A DNA stretch of 64,000 nt from Deferrisomatales bacterium (lineage in GTDB: Bacteria > Desulfobacterota > Deferrisomatia > Deferrisomatales > JACRMM01): NCBI GenBank assembly GCA_033551855.1, contig JAWSUI010000002.1, forward strand, positions 4,783 to 68,782. Reading direction: 5' to 3'. Shown here piece after piece: positions 9,320-21,951 of this stretch; positions within the stretch are counted from its first letter, which is position 1; every line of letters begins with the position of its first letter. The notes beneath the pieces were generated by a model that was given only the letters and a program-made list of their open reading frames with translations, had not been told where the DNA came from and made no database searches. Both the position numbers and the translations under genes were made by a program.

Positions 9320-10012
9320 GTGGGGCTCTTCAAGCGTTTTCGAAAGCACGTGCGCCAGGAGACCCGGAAGCACTTCCTCACCGGGCTGCTGGTGATCGTT
9401 CCCCTGGGGCTGACCTACTACGTGGTCTCGGCCCTGGTGCGGACCATGGACCGCGTCCTGTCGGTGCTGCCGGCCCAGTTCCACCCCGACACCTACCTGC
9501 CCTTCCGGGTGCCCGGGCTGGGGCTTCTCGTCACGGTGCTGCTCATCCAGGTGGTCGGGCTGCTCAGCGCCAACCTGTTCGGTCGGTCGGTGGTCCACTC
9601 CTACGAATGGGTGCTCAGCCGCATCCCCGTGGTGCGCACCGTGTACGTCGCGATCAAGCAGGTGCTGGAGCAGATGCTCTCCGGGGACTCGGACCGCTTC
9701 CGCCGGGTGGTGATGGTGCAGTACCCCCGCAAGGGGATCTACAGCCTGGGCTTCGCCACCGGGGTGAGCCGGGGCGAGGTGCAGGAGAAGACCCACGAGA
9801 GAGTCATCAACGTCTTCATCCCCACCACGCCGAACCCGACCTCGGGATTTTACCTCCTGGTTCCGGAGAAGGACGCCGTTCCGTTGGAGATCGCGGTGGA
9901 CGACGCGTTCAAGCTCATCATGAGCGCCGGGCTTGTGGGTGGGGAACGCAGAAAAGAAGAGGCCCGTCCCCCGGAGGGACGGGCCTCGCCGGAGACCGTG
10001 GAGGAGACCTAG
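9320..10012 (+). CDS. DUF502-family membrane protein
   Basis: The N-terminus RKHFLTGLLVIVPLGLTYYVVSALV and the FIPTTPNPTSGFYLLVP motif are characteristic of DUF502. Confidence 0.8.
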   Translation: MGLFKRFRKHVRQETRKHFLTGLLVIVPLGLTYYVVSALVRTMDRVLSVLPAQFHPDTYLPFRVPGLGLLVTVLLIQVVGLLSANLFGRSVVHSYEWVLSRIPVVRTVYVAIKQVLEQMLSGDSDRFRRVVMVQYPRKGIYSLGFATGVSRGEVQEKTHERVINVFIPTTPNPTSGFYLLVPEKDAVPLEIAVDDAFKLIMSAGLVGGERRKEEARPPEGRASPETVEET

Positions 10013-10296
10013 CGCTTCTTGCCGGCTGCGCGCTTGCTGGCCTTGAGAGGGTTGAGCATCTTCTGGACCTTGTCTTCCTCGATCTTGATGTGGGTGGCCA
10101 TGTTGCAGAGCCCGAGGTTCCACTGCCTCTGCGGGGCCGGGTAGGAGTTGCAGTACTGGCCGGTGGGCCACTGTTCCACCCTGCCGCAGCCCTCGCACTT
10201 CTCGGCGACGCTGCGGCACTCCCCCCCGGGGAAGGTGCACCCCTGGGCGGCCCAGAAAAAGCAGTCCTTGTCCTTCTTCACCGTCTGGCACAGCAT
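10009..10296 (-). CDS. PxxKW-family cysteine-rich small protein
   Basis: 95 aa with multiple Cys pairs (CFFWAAQGC, CEGCG, CNSYPAPQRQWNLGLC) and a Lys-rich tail. Resembles the PxxKW Cys-rich family seen in Geobacter-like genomes. Confidence 0.65.
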   Translation of the reverse strand: MLCQTVKKDKDCFFWAAQGCTFPGGECRSVAEKCEGCGRVEQWPTGQYCNSYPAPQRQWNLGLCNMATHIKIEEDKVQKMLNPLKASKRAAGKKR

Positions 10297-10364
10297 GGGT
10301 CGACCTCCTACGTACGCTCACGGCCCGCCGGGCCGCTGGATATCGGCAAGCGCAGAAGACTACC

Positions 10365-11792
10365 TTGAGTAACCCGTCGCTGTCAATTCAGGAGACGGTG
10401 AAGCAGTCCCTGCTGCAGGTCGGGCCGTCGGGTCCCGCCGGGATCCTGGTCGCGTGCTCCGGCGGGCTCGACTCCGTGTGCCTCCTCCGTCTGCTGGCCG
10501 AGATCCCGGAGGCCGTGGGGGGGCGGCTCGAGGTTGCCCACGTGGATCACGGTCTGCGGAGGGACTCCGCCCTGGACGCCGGCTTCTGTCAGGGTCTGGC
10601 CGGGGAGCTCGGCCTCCCGTTTCACCTCCTGCGCCTCGGGCCGGAGGAGCTCCTTCCGGGTCCGGGGCTGCAGGCAGCGGCGCGCGGCCTGCGCCGACGG
10701 TTTTTCGAGGACACGAGGCGGCGGCGCGGGCTCGGCGCCATCTCTCTCGGCCACCACGCCGACGATCAGGTCGAGACGGTGATCTTTCGCCTCGTGCGGG
10801 GCACGGGGCCCCGAGGTCTGGGGGGCATGCGGGGGTGGGATCCGCCGTACCTTCGGCCGCTCCTGGACGTCCGCCGGGCGGAGCTCGAGGCCCTGGCCTG
10901 CCGGCAGGGCTGGGCGCATCGCGAGGACCCGAGCAACCACTCGGACCGCTATACCCGCAACCGCCTGCGGCACAAGGTTCTGCCGGCGCTGCGCTCGATC
11001 CACCCGGGGACCGACGAGGCGGTGCTGCGCCTTTCCCGCTTGGCCGGGGAGGACGACGCATACCTCACGGGGTTGGCCCGGGAGGCTTTTCGCCGGGCCG
11101 CGGTGCCGGAGCCCGAGGGGTTGCGGCTGGCCTGCCCGGTGCTGGCCGGCCTCGCCCCGGCCTTGCGCCGAAGGGTCTACCTGGCGGCCTGGGAGGCGCT
11201 CGGGGGTGACCCGGGCCTACTGGAGGCCCAGCACCTGGCCGCCCTCGACGTTCTGCTGGAGCCCGGGCGGGCGCACCGCCGGGCGTCCCTCCCGGGGCCG
11301 GTGGTGGTCGCCGCGAGCTACGGGGAGCTCTGGTTCCTGCGTCCAGAGGCCATGTCGCCCCGTCCCCGGGAGCTCCGACTGGTGGTCTCCCCCGGGGCCC
11401 ACGATGTTCGGGCGGACGGGATCGCGTGGACCCGGGCCCGCCCCGCCGATGGGCCTTGCCTGGGGGTGCCGCGGGAGCGGGGCCGGGGCGGCCTGTGGGT
11501 GAGGACCCGCCGCCCCGGGGACCGCCTGGGGCGGGAAAGCGGGGGGGAAGTCAAGGTCAAGGACCTCCTCATGGAGGCCCGGCTGCCTCGGTGGCGCCGG
11601 GCGCGGGCTCTGGTGGTGGGTGACGCGCAGGGAGCTCTGGGCGTGCTGGCCCCGGGCCATGTCTGGGGCGGGGGGCGGGGAGGCAACGGCTGGGTCTGGC
11701 TGACCGGCCCGGGCAGGGGTGCGGAGGGCGCCCATCTTGCGGGGATTCCGCCGGGAAACGGTTGTTGCGCCTCGGGCCGATGTGATACATAA
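10365..11792 (+). CDS. tilS: tRNA(Ile)-lysidine synthase
   Basis: PP-loop LVACSGGLDSVCLL and the conserved position upstream of ftsH. Start codon (TTG 10365) is uncertain. Confidence 0.85.
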   Translation: MSNPSLSIQETVKQSLLQVGPSGPAGILVACSGGLDSVCLLRLLAEIPEAVGGRLEVAHVDHGLRRDSALDAGFCQGLAGELGLPFHLLRLGPEELLPGPGLQAAARGLRRRFFEDTRRRRGLGAISLGHHADDQVETVIFRLVRGTGPRGLGGMRGWDPPYLRPLLDVRRAELEALACRQGWAHREDPSNHSDRYTRNRLRHKVLPALRSIHPGTDEAVLRLSRLAGEDDAYLTGLAREAFRRAAVPEPEGLRLACPVLAGLAPALRRRVYLAAWEALGGDPGLLEAQHLAALDVLLEPGRAHRRASLPGPVVVAASYGELWFLRPEAMSPRPRELRLVVSPGAHDVRADGIAWTRARPADGPCLGVPRERGRGGLWVRTRRPGDRLGRESGGEVKVKDLLMEARLPRWRRARALVVGDAQGALGVLAPGHVWGGGRGGNGWVWLTGPGRGAEGAHLAGIPPGNGCCASGRCDT

Positions 11793-11851
11793 GAGCGTTC
11801 CGAGGATTGCATCCCCACCCGGTTGGACATTCCCTCCGAGGAGTAGCCTGA

Positions 11852-13756
<1,905 letters not shown>

Positions 13757-13758
13757 GA

Positions 13759-14976
13759 GTGACCATGGCCTACCACGTCCGCCCCTTGGAGCTCAACGAT
13801 CCTCGCCGGGCCGAGCTCGAGCTCTCCCGTGTGGGCGCCGATCCCGCCGGGGTCGCCAAGATGCGCGACAAGGCCGGCTTCCTGGCCCTCCGGGCAGTGG
13901 GGCTCAAGTCGCCTGCTGCAAACATCCTCAAGCAGGAGATGCTCTCCCTGGGCGGCGACGCCGCCGTGGGCCGGTGGGTGGTCACCTGCTCCGAGGAGCG
14001 CAGTGACGCGGTCATCCTGGGCACACGCAAGCAGATGCGGGCCCTGGTGCGGAAACTCCGTCCCCAGCCCTTCGGGCTCAAGGTCTTGGCGGGGGAGATC
14101 CAGCAGTTCCTGTCGACCGAGTCGCACCCCCGCGCCCTGTCGTGGCCCGGCGGCGTCCTGCGGCTCTCGGAGCGCCCCCATGTGATGGGGATTCTCAACG
14201 TGACCCCAGACTCTTTCTCCGATGGGGGGGACCATCTCGCCCCCGAGACCGCCCTGGAGCGCGCCCTGGCCATGATCGCGGAGGGGGCCGACATCGTCGA
14301 CGTGGGGGGGGAGTCCACCCGGCCCGGCGCGGAGCCCGTCCCTGCCGAGGAGGAGCTGCGCAGGGTCCTCCCGGTGATCGAGCACCTGGCGCCCCGGGTT
14401 CCCGTGCCCCTCTCGGTGGACACGGTCAAGCCCGAGGTTGCCCGGACCGCGGCGGCCGCCGGGGCTTCCATCGTGAACGACGTGAGCGGTCTGCGGGCCG
14501 ACCCCGGCATGGCCGCCGCGGTCGCCCAGGCCGGGTGTGCCCTGGTCGTGATGCACATGCGGGGGACGCCCCGCACCATGCAGCGCGACACCCGCTACGC
14601 CGACCTTGTGGGGGATGTGCTCGAGGGGTTGGAGCAGAGCGTGGACCTCGCCGTGGCCGCGGGAGTCCCCAGGGACCGGGTGATCGTGGACCCGGGGCTC
14701 GGGTTTGGCAAGGACGTGCAGGGAAACCTGCTGCTCCTCCGGCGCCTGGGGGAGCTTCGGGGCCTGGGGTGCCCCCTCCTGGTGGGACCGAGCCGGAAGT
14801 CCTTCATCGGAAAGGTCCTGGGAAGCGAGGTCCCCAAGGACCGCCTCGAGGGCTCCCTGGCCGCCGCCGTCGTCGCCGTCTGCAACGGGGCCCACATCGT
14901 GAGGGCGCACGACGTGGCGGCCACTCGCCGTGCCGTCGAGCTCGCGTGGGCCGTGCAGCGCGCGGCAGAGGGGTAG
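13759..14976 (+). CDS. folP: Dihydropteroate synthase with ~125-aa N-terminal extension domain
   Basis: The pterin-binding domain starts at MGILNVTPDSFSDGG. An N-terminal extra domain precedes it. Start is GTG 13759 or ATG 13765. Confidence 0.9.
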   Translation: MTMAYHVRPLELNDPRRAELELSRVGADPAGVAKMRDKAGFLALRAVGLKSPAANILKQEMLSLGGDAAVGRWVVTCSEERSDAVILGTRKQMRALVRKLRPQPFGLKVLAGEIQQFLSTESHPRALSWPGGVLRLSERPHVMGILNVTPDSFSDGGDHLAPETALERALAMIAEGADIVDVGGESTRPGAEPVPAEEELRRVLPVIEHLAPRVPVPLSVDTVKPEVARTAAAAGASIVNDVSGLRADPGMAAAVAQAGCALVVMHMRGTPRTMQRDTRYADLVGDVLEGLEQSVDLAVAAGVPRDRVIVDPGLGFGKDVQGNLLLLRRLGELRGLGCPLLVGPSRKSFIGKVLGSEVPKDRLEGSLAAAVVAVCNGAHIVRAHDVAATRRAVELAWAVQRAAEG

Positions 14977-14980
14977 TCCG

Positions 14981-15811
14981 GTGATCGACCTTCCCGCGGG
15001 CCTGCGCTGGCAGGACGTGGTGGATATCCTCCTGGTGGCCCTGGTGATCTACCGGATCTTCATCCTGGTCAAGGGGACCCGGGCGCTGCAGATGCTGGTA
15101 GGGATGGCCGTCGTCGTCGTGGCTTTCGTGACCAGCCAGATCTTCGAGCTGTTCACCCTGCACTGGATCCTGAACGCCTTCCTCTCCTCCATCATCCTGG
15201 TGGTGGTGGTGCTCTTCCAGAACGAGATCCGCCGGGCGCTGGCCCACGTAGGGGTCAACCCCTTTCTTTCGGCGAAGGAGGGCTCCGAGGAGAGCGGCCA
15301 GGTGGTGGAGGAGCTCATGAAGGCCGCGGTGAGCCTCTCCAACAAGAAGATCGGGGCGCTCATCGTGCTCCAGCGGGAAACCGACCTGCGGGACTACGTG
15401 GAGGAGGGGGTGCGTGTCGACGGGGCCTTGAGCAAGGAGCTCCTCCTCTCGATCTTCATCCCTTACTCCCCCATCCACGACGGCGCGACGATCGTGCTCA
15501 GGAACCGTGTGTTGTGGGCCGGCTGCTTCCTGCCGCTGACCACCCGGCTCGACGTGGACAAGGAGCTCGGAACCCGGCACCGGGCCGCTCTGGGAATCAC
15601 CGAGGAGACCGATGCGGTGGTGATCGTGGTCAGCGAGGAGACCGGCGGCATCTCGGTGGCGATCAACGGCCGGATCACCCGGCACCTCGACGGTGTCACC
15701 CTGCGCCGGGTCCTGCTGAAGCTGTTTCCCGAGGGACGCGACTCGGCCAGGGGTCGAAAGACCTCACCCCGGAGGCGGCCCCGTACAGCCTCCAAGGAGG
15801 CGCGGGCGTGA
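14981..15811 (+). CDS. cdaA: Diadenylate cyclase (c-di-AMP synthase), membrane-anchored
   Basis: Three N-terminal TM helices followed by a DAC domain with the DGA (HDGATIVL) and RHR (GTRHRAALG) motifs. Start at GTG 14981, just after the folP stop. Confidence 0.9.
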   Translation: MIDLPAGLRWQDVVDILLVALVIYRIFILVKGTRALQMLVGMAVVVVAFVTSQIFELFTLHWILNAFLSSIILVVVVLFQNEIRRALAHVGVNPFLSAKEGSEESGQVVEELMKAAVSLSNKKIGALIVLQRETDLRDYVEEGVRVDGALSKELLLSIFIPYSPIHDGATIVLRNRVLWAGCFLPLTTRLDVDKELGTRHRAALGITEETDAVVIVVSEETGGISVAINGRITRHLDGVTLRRVLLKLFPEGRDSARGRKTSPRRRPRTASKEARA

Positions 15812-16773
15812 GGCTCGGTTTCTTGCGGGATTTGGTCCTGGAGAACTGGGGGCTCAAGCTTCTCTCGCTGGCCTTTGCCGTGCTCCTGTGGATGTTCGTC
15901 GTGGGGGAGAAGCGCAGCGAGGTGAGCCTGTCCTTGCCCCTGGAGCTCACCCGGGTGCCCCAGGACATGGTGATCGTGAGCCGGGTGCCGGAAGCCATCC
16001 GGGTACGCCTGAACGGACCACGGAGCCTGCTGGCGGGGGTGAACCCGAACCAGCTCGTCGTGCGCCTGGACCTGGACGGGATCCAGCCCGGCATCAGCGG
16101 CTTCGAGATCCTGCCGTCCCGCCTCAATCTGCCGCGGGGGGTCGAGGTTACCTACATCTCGCCCTCGGTGATCACCCTGGAAGCCGACGCGAAGGCCCGC
16201 AAGGTGGTCGCGGTGCGGCCGCGGCTGCGAGGCGCGCCGGCGGAGGGGTTCGAGGTTGCGGCGCTGCGGGTGGACCCCGAGGAGGTGGAGGTGGAGGGCG
16301 CACAGCGCGTGGTGCAGCGGCTCCAGGAGGTCCCCACGGAGCTCCTGGACGTCACCGGACTGGACGGGAGCTTCACGCGGCCCTTGGAGCTGGCCTTTCC
16401 CGACCCCTCCTTGCGGGCGGTGGGCAGGGGCACCGTGCGGGTGGAGGCGACCATCGTGGAGATGCGCGGAGACCGCGAGTTCGTGCAGGTGCCGGTGCGC
16501 ATCCCGGCGCCGGGGCTGGGTGCGGTGCCCGCCGCGGTGAATGTGAAGCTGGAGGGCCCGGTACGGGTGATCGCGCGGCTTTCGGCGGCCGATCTGACCG
16601 TGGAGTTGCAGCCCGTGGGGCCCGAGCCCCTCCCGGGGCCGGCCTGGGTGAGGGTCGTGGGTCCTGCCGGCACCCGGGTGGTTTCCGTCGAGCCCGAGGT
16701 GGTGCTGGTGGCGCCCCTGGACAACGAGAGCCCGGCCCGGAGCGGACCGGCCACGGACACGGTGGTGCCATGA
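15808..16773 (+). CDS. cdaR: YbbR-domain protein (CdaA regulator)
   Basis: GTG 15808 overlaps the cdaA stop (GTGA). N-terminal TM segment followed by repeated YbbR-like beta domains. Conserved cdaA-cdaR-glmM order. Confidence 0.8.
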   Translation: MRLGFLRDLVLENWGLKLLSLAFAVLLWMFVVGEKRSEVSLSLPLELTRVPQDMVIVSRVPEAIRVRLNGPRSLLAGVNPNQLVVRLDLDGIQPGISGFEILPSRLNLPRGVEVTYISPSVITLEADAKARKVVAVRPRLRGAPAEGFEVAALRVDPEEVEVEGAQRVVQRLQEVPTELLDVTGLDGSFTRPLELAFPDPSLRAVGRGTVRVEATIVEMRGDREFVQVPVRIPAPGLGAVPAAVNVKLEGPVRVIARLSAADLTVELQPVGPEPLPGPAWVRVVGPAGTRVVSVEPEVVLVAPLDNESPARSGPATDTVVP

Positions 16774-18140
16774 GCGAACGAGAGCGTCGACGGCTGTTCG
16801 GAACCGATGGGATCCGGGGCGTGGCCAACGCCGACCCCATGACCACGGAGATGATGCTGCGGGTGGGGCGGGCGGCGGCTCACCTCTTCAAGCAGCGCAG
16901 CGGCGGGCGCCATCGGATCGTCATCGGCAAGGACACCCGGCTCTCCGGGTACATGCTCGAGAACGCCCTGGCGGCCGGGATCTGCTCCATGGGGGTGGAT
17001 ATTCTGCTGGTGGGGCCCCTTCCCACCCCGGGGATCGCCTTCATCACCTCGAGCATGCGGGCCGACGCCGGGGTGGTCATCTCTGCCTCCCACAACCCGT
17101 TCCAAGACAACGGGATCAAGTTTTTCAGCCGCGACGGCTTCAAGCTGCCGGACGAGATCGAGGAGGCGATCGAAGCCCACGTCTTCAACGGCTCCATCGA
17201 GCACGTGCGCCCGACCGCGACGGAGGTGGGGAAAGCCTTTCGGGTGGAGGATGCCGTGGGGCGCTACGTGGTGTTTCTCAAGGCCACGTTTCCCCCCCGC
17301 CTCACCCTGGAGGGGCTCAAGGTAGTCGTGGACTGCGCCAACGGGGCGGCCTACCGGGTGGCCCCGGCGGTGTTCGAGGAGCTCGGGGCCGACGTGGTAA
17401 GCCTGGGGGTCACCCCCAACGGTACCAATATCAACGAGGCGTGCGGCAGCCTCCACCCCGAGTTCGTGGCCCAGAAGGTGCGGGAGGTGGGAGCCCACCT
17501 GGGAATCGCCCTGGACGGGGACGCGGACCGGGTGATCGTGGTGGACGAGAAGGGTGACGAGGTGGACGGCGACCACATCATGGCGGTGTGCGCCCGGGAG
17601 CTCCAACGTCGGGGGCGCCTCGCCGACGCGACCGTCGTGGCCACGGTGATGAGCAACCTCGGGCTCGAGCGCTCCCTGGAGGAGGCAGGCATCCGCCTGC
17701 TCCGCACCCAGGTGGGCGACCGCTATGTGGTGGAATGCATGCGAGCCGGGGGGTACACCTTTGGAGGTGAGCAGTCGGGCCACCTGATCTTTCTGGACCA
17801 CGGCACGACCGGCGACGGGGTGCTTGCCGCCCTCCAGCTCTTGGCGGTGATGGTCGAGACGGGCAAGCCCCTGTCCGAGCTGGCCCGCGTCATGACCGCG
17901 GTTCCCCAGGTCCTCAAGAACGTCAAGGTGCGCGAGCAGGTGCCCATCGAGAGAATCCCTGCGGCGGCGGGCGCTCTGGCGGCGGCCGAGGCGGACCTCC
18001 GCGGCTCGGGCCGCGTGCTCGTGCGCTACTCCGGGACCGAAGCCAAGCTTCGCGTCATGCTCGAGGGGGACGACGAGGGGCGGATCGAGCGACACGCCGA
18101 TGAGATCTGTGAGGCGGTGCGGCGGGAGATCGGGGTGTGA
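16770..18140 (+). CDS. glmM: Phosphoglucosamine mutase
   Basis: LFGTDGIRG at the N-terminus and the active-site segment [22 protein letters not shown] overlap with cdaR. Confidence 0.95.
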   Translation: MSERERRRLFGTDGIRGVANADPMTTEMMLRVGRAAAHLFKQRSGGRHRIVIGKDTRLSGYMLENALAAGICSMGVDILLVGPLPTPGIAFITSSMRADAGVVISASHNPFQDNGIKFFSRDGFKLPDEIEEAIEAHVFNGSIEHVRPTATEVGKAFRVEDAVGRYVVFLKATFPPRLTLEGLKVVVDCANGAAYRVAPAVFEELGADVVSLGVTPNGTNINEACGSLHPEFVAQKVREVGAHLGIALDGDADRVIVVDEKGDEVDGDHIMAVCARELQRRGRLADATVVATVMSNLGLERSLEEAGIRLLRTQVGDRYVVECMRAGGYTFGGEQSGHLIFLDHGTTGDGVLAALQLLAVMVETGKPLSELARVMTAVPQVLKNVKVREQVPIERIPAAAGALAAAEADLRGSGRVLVRYSGTEAKLRVMLEGDDEGRIERHADEICEAVRREIGV

Positions 18141-18210
18141 CCGGGGAGGGCACGCCCCGTCGATGGATCAGAGAGGGGGGACGGCGGCAGAGCCGCCCTC
18201 GGAGGGCGTG

Positions 18211-18942
18211 ATGATCCGATTGGGAGTGAACATCGACCACGTGGCCACCGTCCGTCAGGCTCGGCGGATACGTGAGCCGGACCCGGTGTGGGCGGTGGTC
18301 GCGGCCGAGCTGGGGGGGGCAGACCAGATCACCCTGCACCTGCGGGAGGACCGCCGTCACATCCAGGACGACGACCTCGTGCGGGTGTTGTCCGCGGCGT
18401 CCGTGCCGGTGAACCTGGAGATGGCCGTCACCGAGGAGATGGTGGGGATCGCCCTGGACCGCCGACCCCACGCCGTGACCCTGGTGCCGGAGCGGCGCGA
18501 AGAGGTGACGACCGAGGGCGGGCTGGATGTGCTGGGGCGCCTCGAAGAGGTGGCGGCGGCGGTCACGAGGCTTCGCAGCGGGGGAATCCCGGTCAGCCTG
18601 TTCATCGACCCCGACCCGGCCCAGGTGGAGGCTTCGCAGCGAGCGGGAGCCGCCGCCGTGGAGCTCCACACCGGGGCCTACTGCGAGGCTTGGGGCGGGT
18701 CCCGGTCGGAAGAGGAACTGGGGCGGCTCCAGCGGGCGGCAGCCCTGGCTCGGGGACAGGGGCTCGCGGTGCACGCGGGCCACGGCCTCAACGTGCGCAA
18801 CGTGGGGCCGGTGGCCCGCATCCCGGAGGTCGAGGAGCTCAACATCGGCCACGCGCTGGTGGGGCGGGCGATCTTCCTCGGCCTGGAACGGGCCGTGCGG
18901 GAGATGAAGGAGCTCGTGGTCCGGGAGGCGTTGGGCCGGTGA
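18211..18942 (+). CDS. pdxJ: Pyridoxine 5'-phosphate synthase
   Basis: [18 protein letters not shown] and [10 protein letters not shown] motifs. ORF 18100 trimmed to ATG 18211. Confidence 0.92.
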   Translation: MIRLGVNIDHVATVRQARRIREPDPVWAVVAAELGGADQITLHLREDRRHIQDDDLVRVLSAASVPVNLEMAVTEEMVGIALDRRPHAVTLVPERREEVTTEGGLDVLGRLEEVAAAVTRLRSGGIPVSLFIDPDPAQVEASQRAGAAAVELHTGAYCEAWGGSRSEEELGRLQRAAALARGQGLAVHAGHGLNVRNVGPVARIPEVEELNIGHALVGRAIFLGLERAVREMKELVVREALGR

Positions 18943-19322
18943 TCCTGGGCGTGGGGCTGGACATCGTGTCCGTGGAGAGGATCCGAGCGCTCCGGGAGCG
19001 ACGGGGGGAGCGCTTCCTGCGGAGGGTGTTCACCGCGGGGGAGGCCGGGGCCTGCCTGGGGAAAAAGGATCCGGCGCCGTCCCTGGCGGCACGCTTCGCC
19101 GCGAAGGAGGCCGGGATGAAGGCCCTGGGGACGGGGTGGTCCCAGGGGGTGGGCTGGCAGGACCTCGAGGTCGTCTCCGGCCCGTCCGGTGCGCCGGCTC
19201 TCGTCCTGAGGGGGCGGGCCGCGGAGGCCGCGAGGTCCCGGGGGGTGGGCGCCGTGCACCTGAGTCTGACGCACGACGCGGGGGCGGCCGCGGCTGTCGT
19301 GATCCTGGAGGCCACGTCGTGA
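18939..19322 (+). CDS. acpS: Holo-[acyl-carrier-protein] synthase
   Basis: [14 protein letters not shown] at the N-terminus and [16 protein letters not shown] overlap with pdxJ. Confidence 0.9.
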   Translation: MILGVGLDIVSVERIRALRERRGERFLRRVFTAGEAGACLGKKDPAPSLAARFAAKEAGMKALGTGWSQGVGWQDLEVVSGPSGAPALVLRGRAAEAARSRGVGAVHLSLTHDAGAAAAVVILEATS

Positions 19323-20932
19323 TTCCCCTCCTGACTGCGGCGGAGATGCGCGCTCTGGACGCCCATGCCGTCCAGGAGGTGGGCATTCCCGGAGTCGTGT
19401 TGATGGAGACCGCGGGGCGGGCGGTGTTCCGGGAGCTCTGGTCCGCCTTTCGCCCCCAGGCCCTGCAGGGCCCCGTGGCGGTTGTGTGCGGCCGGGGGAA
19501 CAACGGCGGGGACGGCTTCGTGGTGGCCCGGTGCCTATGCAATCTGGGTTGCCGGGTCACCGTGCTCCTCCTCGGCCGCCGGGAGGACGTCGCGGGGGAG
19601 GCGGGCGGGCACCTGACAGCCTACCTGGGCTCGGGGGGCTCGCTGGTGGAGGTGACCGACGGGGGACGGGAGGATGCAGGGGCCCTTGTGCGGGGGGCGG
19701 CGCTGGCCGTGGACGCGGTTCTCGGAACGGGCCTTTCCGGGGAGGTCAGCGGGCTGGCGGCGGACGCCGTGGGCTGGCTGAACGCAGCGCGGTGCCCCGT
19801 GGTGAGCGTGGACATCCCCTCGGGGGTGTGTTCGGATACGGGCAGGGTGTGGGGCGCCGCGGTGCGGGCCGACCTCACGGTGACCTTCGCCTGGCCGAAG
19901 CGGGGGCACTACCTCCATCCGGGCGCGGGTCTGCGGGCCCGGTTGGTGACCGCGGAGATCGGCATTCCCCCGGCCTCCCTGGCGCGGGTCTCCCCTGGGC
20001 TCCGTTGCTTGGAGGAGCCGGACTTCCTGGGGCTCCTCGACCGACCCAGGGACGCCCACAAGGGCTCCCTGGGCCACGTGGTCGTGTTGGGCGGGAGCCC
20101 CGGAAAATCGGGGGCCCCGGGGCTCGCGGCGTGGGGGGCGCTGCGGGCCGGGGCCGGGCTGGCCACGGTCGCCGCCCCGGCGGGGTGCCTGGAAGCGGGC
20201 CGGCTGCCGCTGGAAGTGATGACCGAGCCTCTGGGCGCGGGAGAAAAGGGCGGGGGGGGATGGGAGGTCGACCTCTGGGAACGTGCCGCGGACGCCCTGG
20301 GGCGGGCCGACGCCCTGGTGGTCGGGCCAGGAATGGGCACGGCCCCGGGGGCGGCGGGCTTCCTGGGGCGCCTCCTGACGACGGACGGGGCCCCCGCCGT
20401 TCTGGATGCCGACGCCCTCAACCTGGTGGCCGGGGAGCCGGGCGCCTGGGATGAGAGGCGGCGCCCGGTCGTGCTCACTCCCCATCCGGGGGAGGCAGCG
20501 AGGCTCCTCGGCGTCTCCTCGGGTGAGGTGCAGGCCGACCGGGTGGGGGTCTTGGAGGCCCTGTGCGCGCGGTACGGGTGCCCCGTGATCCTGAAGGGCG
20601 CCGGCACCCTGGTGGGCGCGCCGGGCGAGCCCGTCCACCTTGTCCCCGTGGGCAACCCCGGGATGGCCACCGCCGGCACAGGGGATGTCCTCGCGGGGAT
20701 CCTCGGCGCCCTGCTGGCCCGGGGGCTCGAGACTGCCGTCGCCTCCGGGCTGGCTGCCTATGTCCACGGGCTCGCTGGGGACTTGGCGGCGGAGGCGGTG
20801 GGGGAGGAAGCGCTGGTGGCCTCCGACCTGCTCGCCGCCCTGCCCCGGGCCCTGAACCGGCTGAGCGGGGCCGGCCGGGCGCTTCCGTGCGCCGGGGCCT
20901 CCCCGTCCCCTGCCGGCCTGCGCGACCACTGA
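19319..20932 (+). CDS. nnr: Bifunctional NAD(P)H-hydrate epimerase / ADP-dependent dehydratase
   Basis: YjeF-N motif GRGNNGGDG, and C-terminal carbohydrate-kinase motifs GGSPGKSGAP and GTGDVLAG. GTGA overlap with acpS. Confidence 0.9.
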   Translation: MIPLLTAAEMRALDAHAVQEVGIPGVVLMETAGRAVFRELWSAFRPQALQGPVAVVCGRGNNGGDGFVVARCLCNLGCRVTVLLLGRREDVAGEAGGHLTAYLGSGGSLVEVTDGGREDAGALVRGAALAVDAVLGTGLSGEVSGLAADAVGWLNAARCPVVSVDIPSGVCSDTGRVWGAAVRADLTVTFAWPKRGHYLHPGAGLRARLVTAEIGIPPASLARVSPGLRCLEEPDFLGLLDRPRDAHKGSLGHVVVLGGSPGKSGAPGLAAWGALRAGAGLATVAAPAGCLEAGRLPLEVMTEPLGAGEKGGGGWEVDLWERAADALGRADALVVGPGMGTAPGAAGFLGRLLTTDGAPAVLDADALNLVAGEPGAWDERRRPVVLTPHPGEAARLLGVSSGEVQADRVGVLEALCARYGCPVILKGAGTLVGAPGEPVHLVPVGNPGMATAGTGDVLAGILGALLARGLETAVASGLAAYVHGLAGDLAAEAVGEEALVASDLLAALPRALNRLSGAGRALPCAGASPSPAGLRDH

Positions 20933-20998
20933 CCGGGGCGGACACCCCCTAGCCCCTTCGGACCGACGGGATCGGTCCCTCCCCCTGGAGGAGTCTGG

Positions 20999-21454
20999 AT
21001 GAAGACGGCCCGAGAGATCATGACGCGCGATGTCCACACGGTCCCCCCGGAGCTCTCCCTCCAGGACCTGGCCCGAGCTTTCGACGAGCGCCGGGTGAGC
21101 GGTTTTCCCGTCCTCGACGGCGACGGGAAACTGGTGGGAGTGGTGACGGAGACCGACCTGATCCATCAGAACCAGAGGCTCCACATCCCCACGGCGGTCG
21201 CGATTTTCGACGCCGTGGTGGTGTTGAGCAGCTCCAGGAAGCTGGAAGAGGAGATGCGTCGGGTGGCGGCGACCACGGTCGGGGAGATCATGACCCGGGC
21301 GCCGGTGACCGTCGGCGAGGACGCCACGGTGGAGGAGATCGCCACGGTCATGGGCGAGCAGGGCGTGCACACCCTGCCCGTCCTGGGCCCGGAAGGGCAA
21401 CTCGCCGGAGTGATCGGGAAGAGGGACGTGATACGCGCCATGGCGTCCCCGTGA
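20999..21454 (+). CDS. CBS-domain pair protein
   Basis: Two CBS repeats (IMTRDVHTV...VSGFPVLD and IMTRAPVTV...VHTLPVLG). Confidence 0.85.
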   Translation: MKTAREIMTRDVHTVPPELSLQDLARAFDERRVSGFPVLDGDGKLVGVVTETDLIHQNQRLHIPTAVAIFDAVVVLSSSRKLEEEMRRVAATTVGEIMTRAPVTVGEDATVEEIATVMGEQGVHTLPVLGPEGQLAGVIGKRDVIRAMASP

Positions 21455-21951
21455 AGAAGGAGGTTGCCTGCCCGTCTCCGGACCACACCCTGGCGGTGGG
21501 CGAAGCGATCGGGCGGGCTCTCGGTCCCGGCGGGGTGATTGCCCTGGAGGGCCCTTTGGGGGCTGGGAAGACCCTGCTCACCAAGGGCATCGCCCGGGGG
21601 CTGGGGGTCCGGGAGTGGCGGTACGTCACGAGCCCCACGTTTGCGATCCACAACGTCTACCAGGGGCGGTTGCGGCTCCACCACCTGGACCTGTATCGCC
21701 TCGGCGGCGCCCTGGAGCTGGAGCAGCTCGGCCTGGAGGAGGCCCTACACGGGGCGGACGCGTGCGTGATAGAATGGCCCGATATTTTGCTCCAGGAGCT
21801 GCCCCAGGAGCGGGTGGACGTGCGGTTCCGCTGGGGGGAGGACGGGGGGCGGATCCTGGAGATCGAGGCCGGGGGCCCGGTGGGGGAGACCCTGTCCGTA
21901 GAGTTGGAGGCGGTCGTGCAGGATTCGGGAGTGAGGAAGGAGGGCGTATGA
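21451..21951 (+). CDS. tsaE: tRNA t6A37 biosynthesis ATPase TsaE
   Basis: P-loop [13 protein letters not shown] and the SPTFAI motif. GTGA overlap with the CBS gene. Confidence 0.88.
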   Translation: MKKEVACPSPDHTLAVGEAIGRALGPGGVIALEGPLGAGKTLLTKGIARGLGVREWRYVTSPTFAIHNVYQGRLRLHHLDLYRLGGALELEQLGLEEALHGADACVIEWPDILLQELPQERVDVRFRWGEDGGRILEIEAGGPVGETLSVELEAVVQDSGVRKEGV

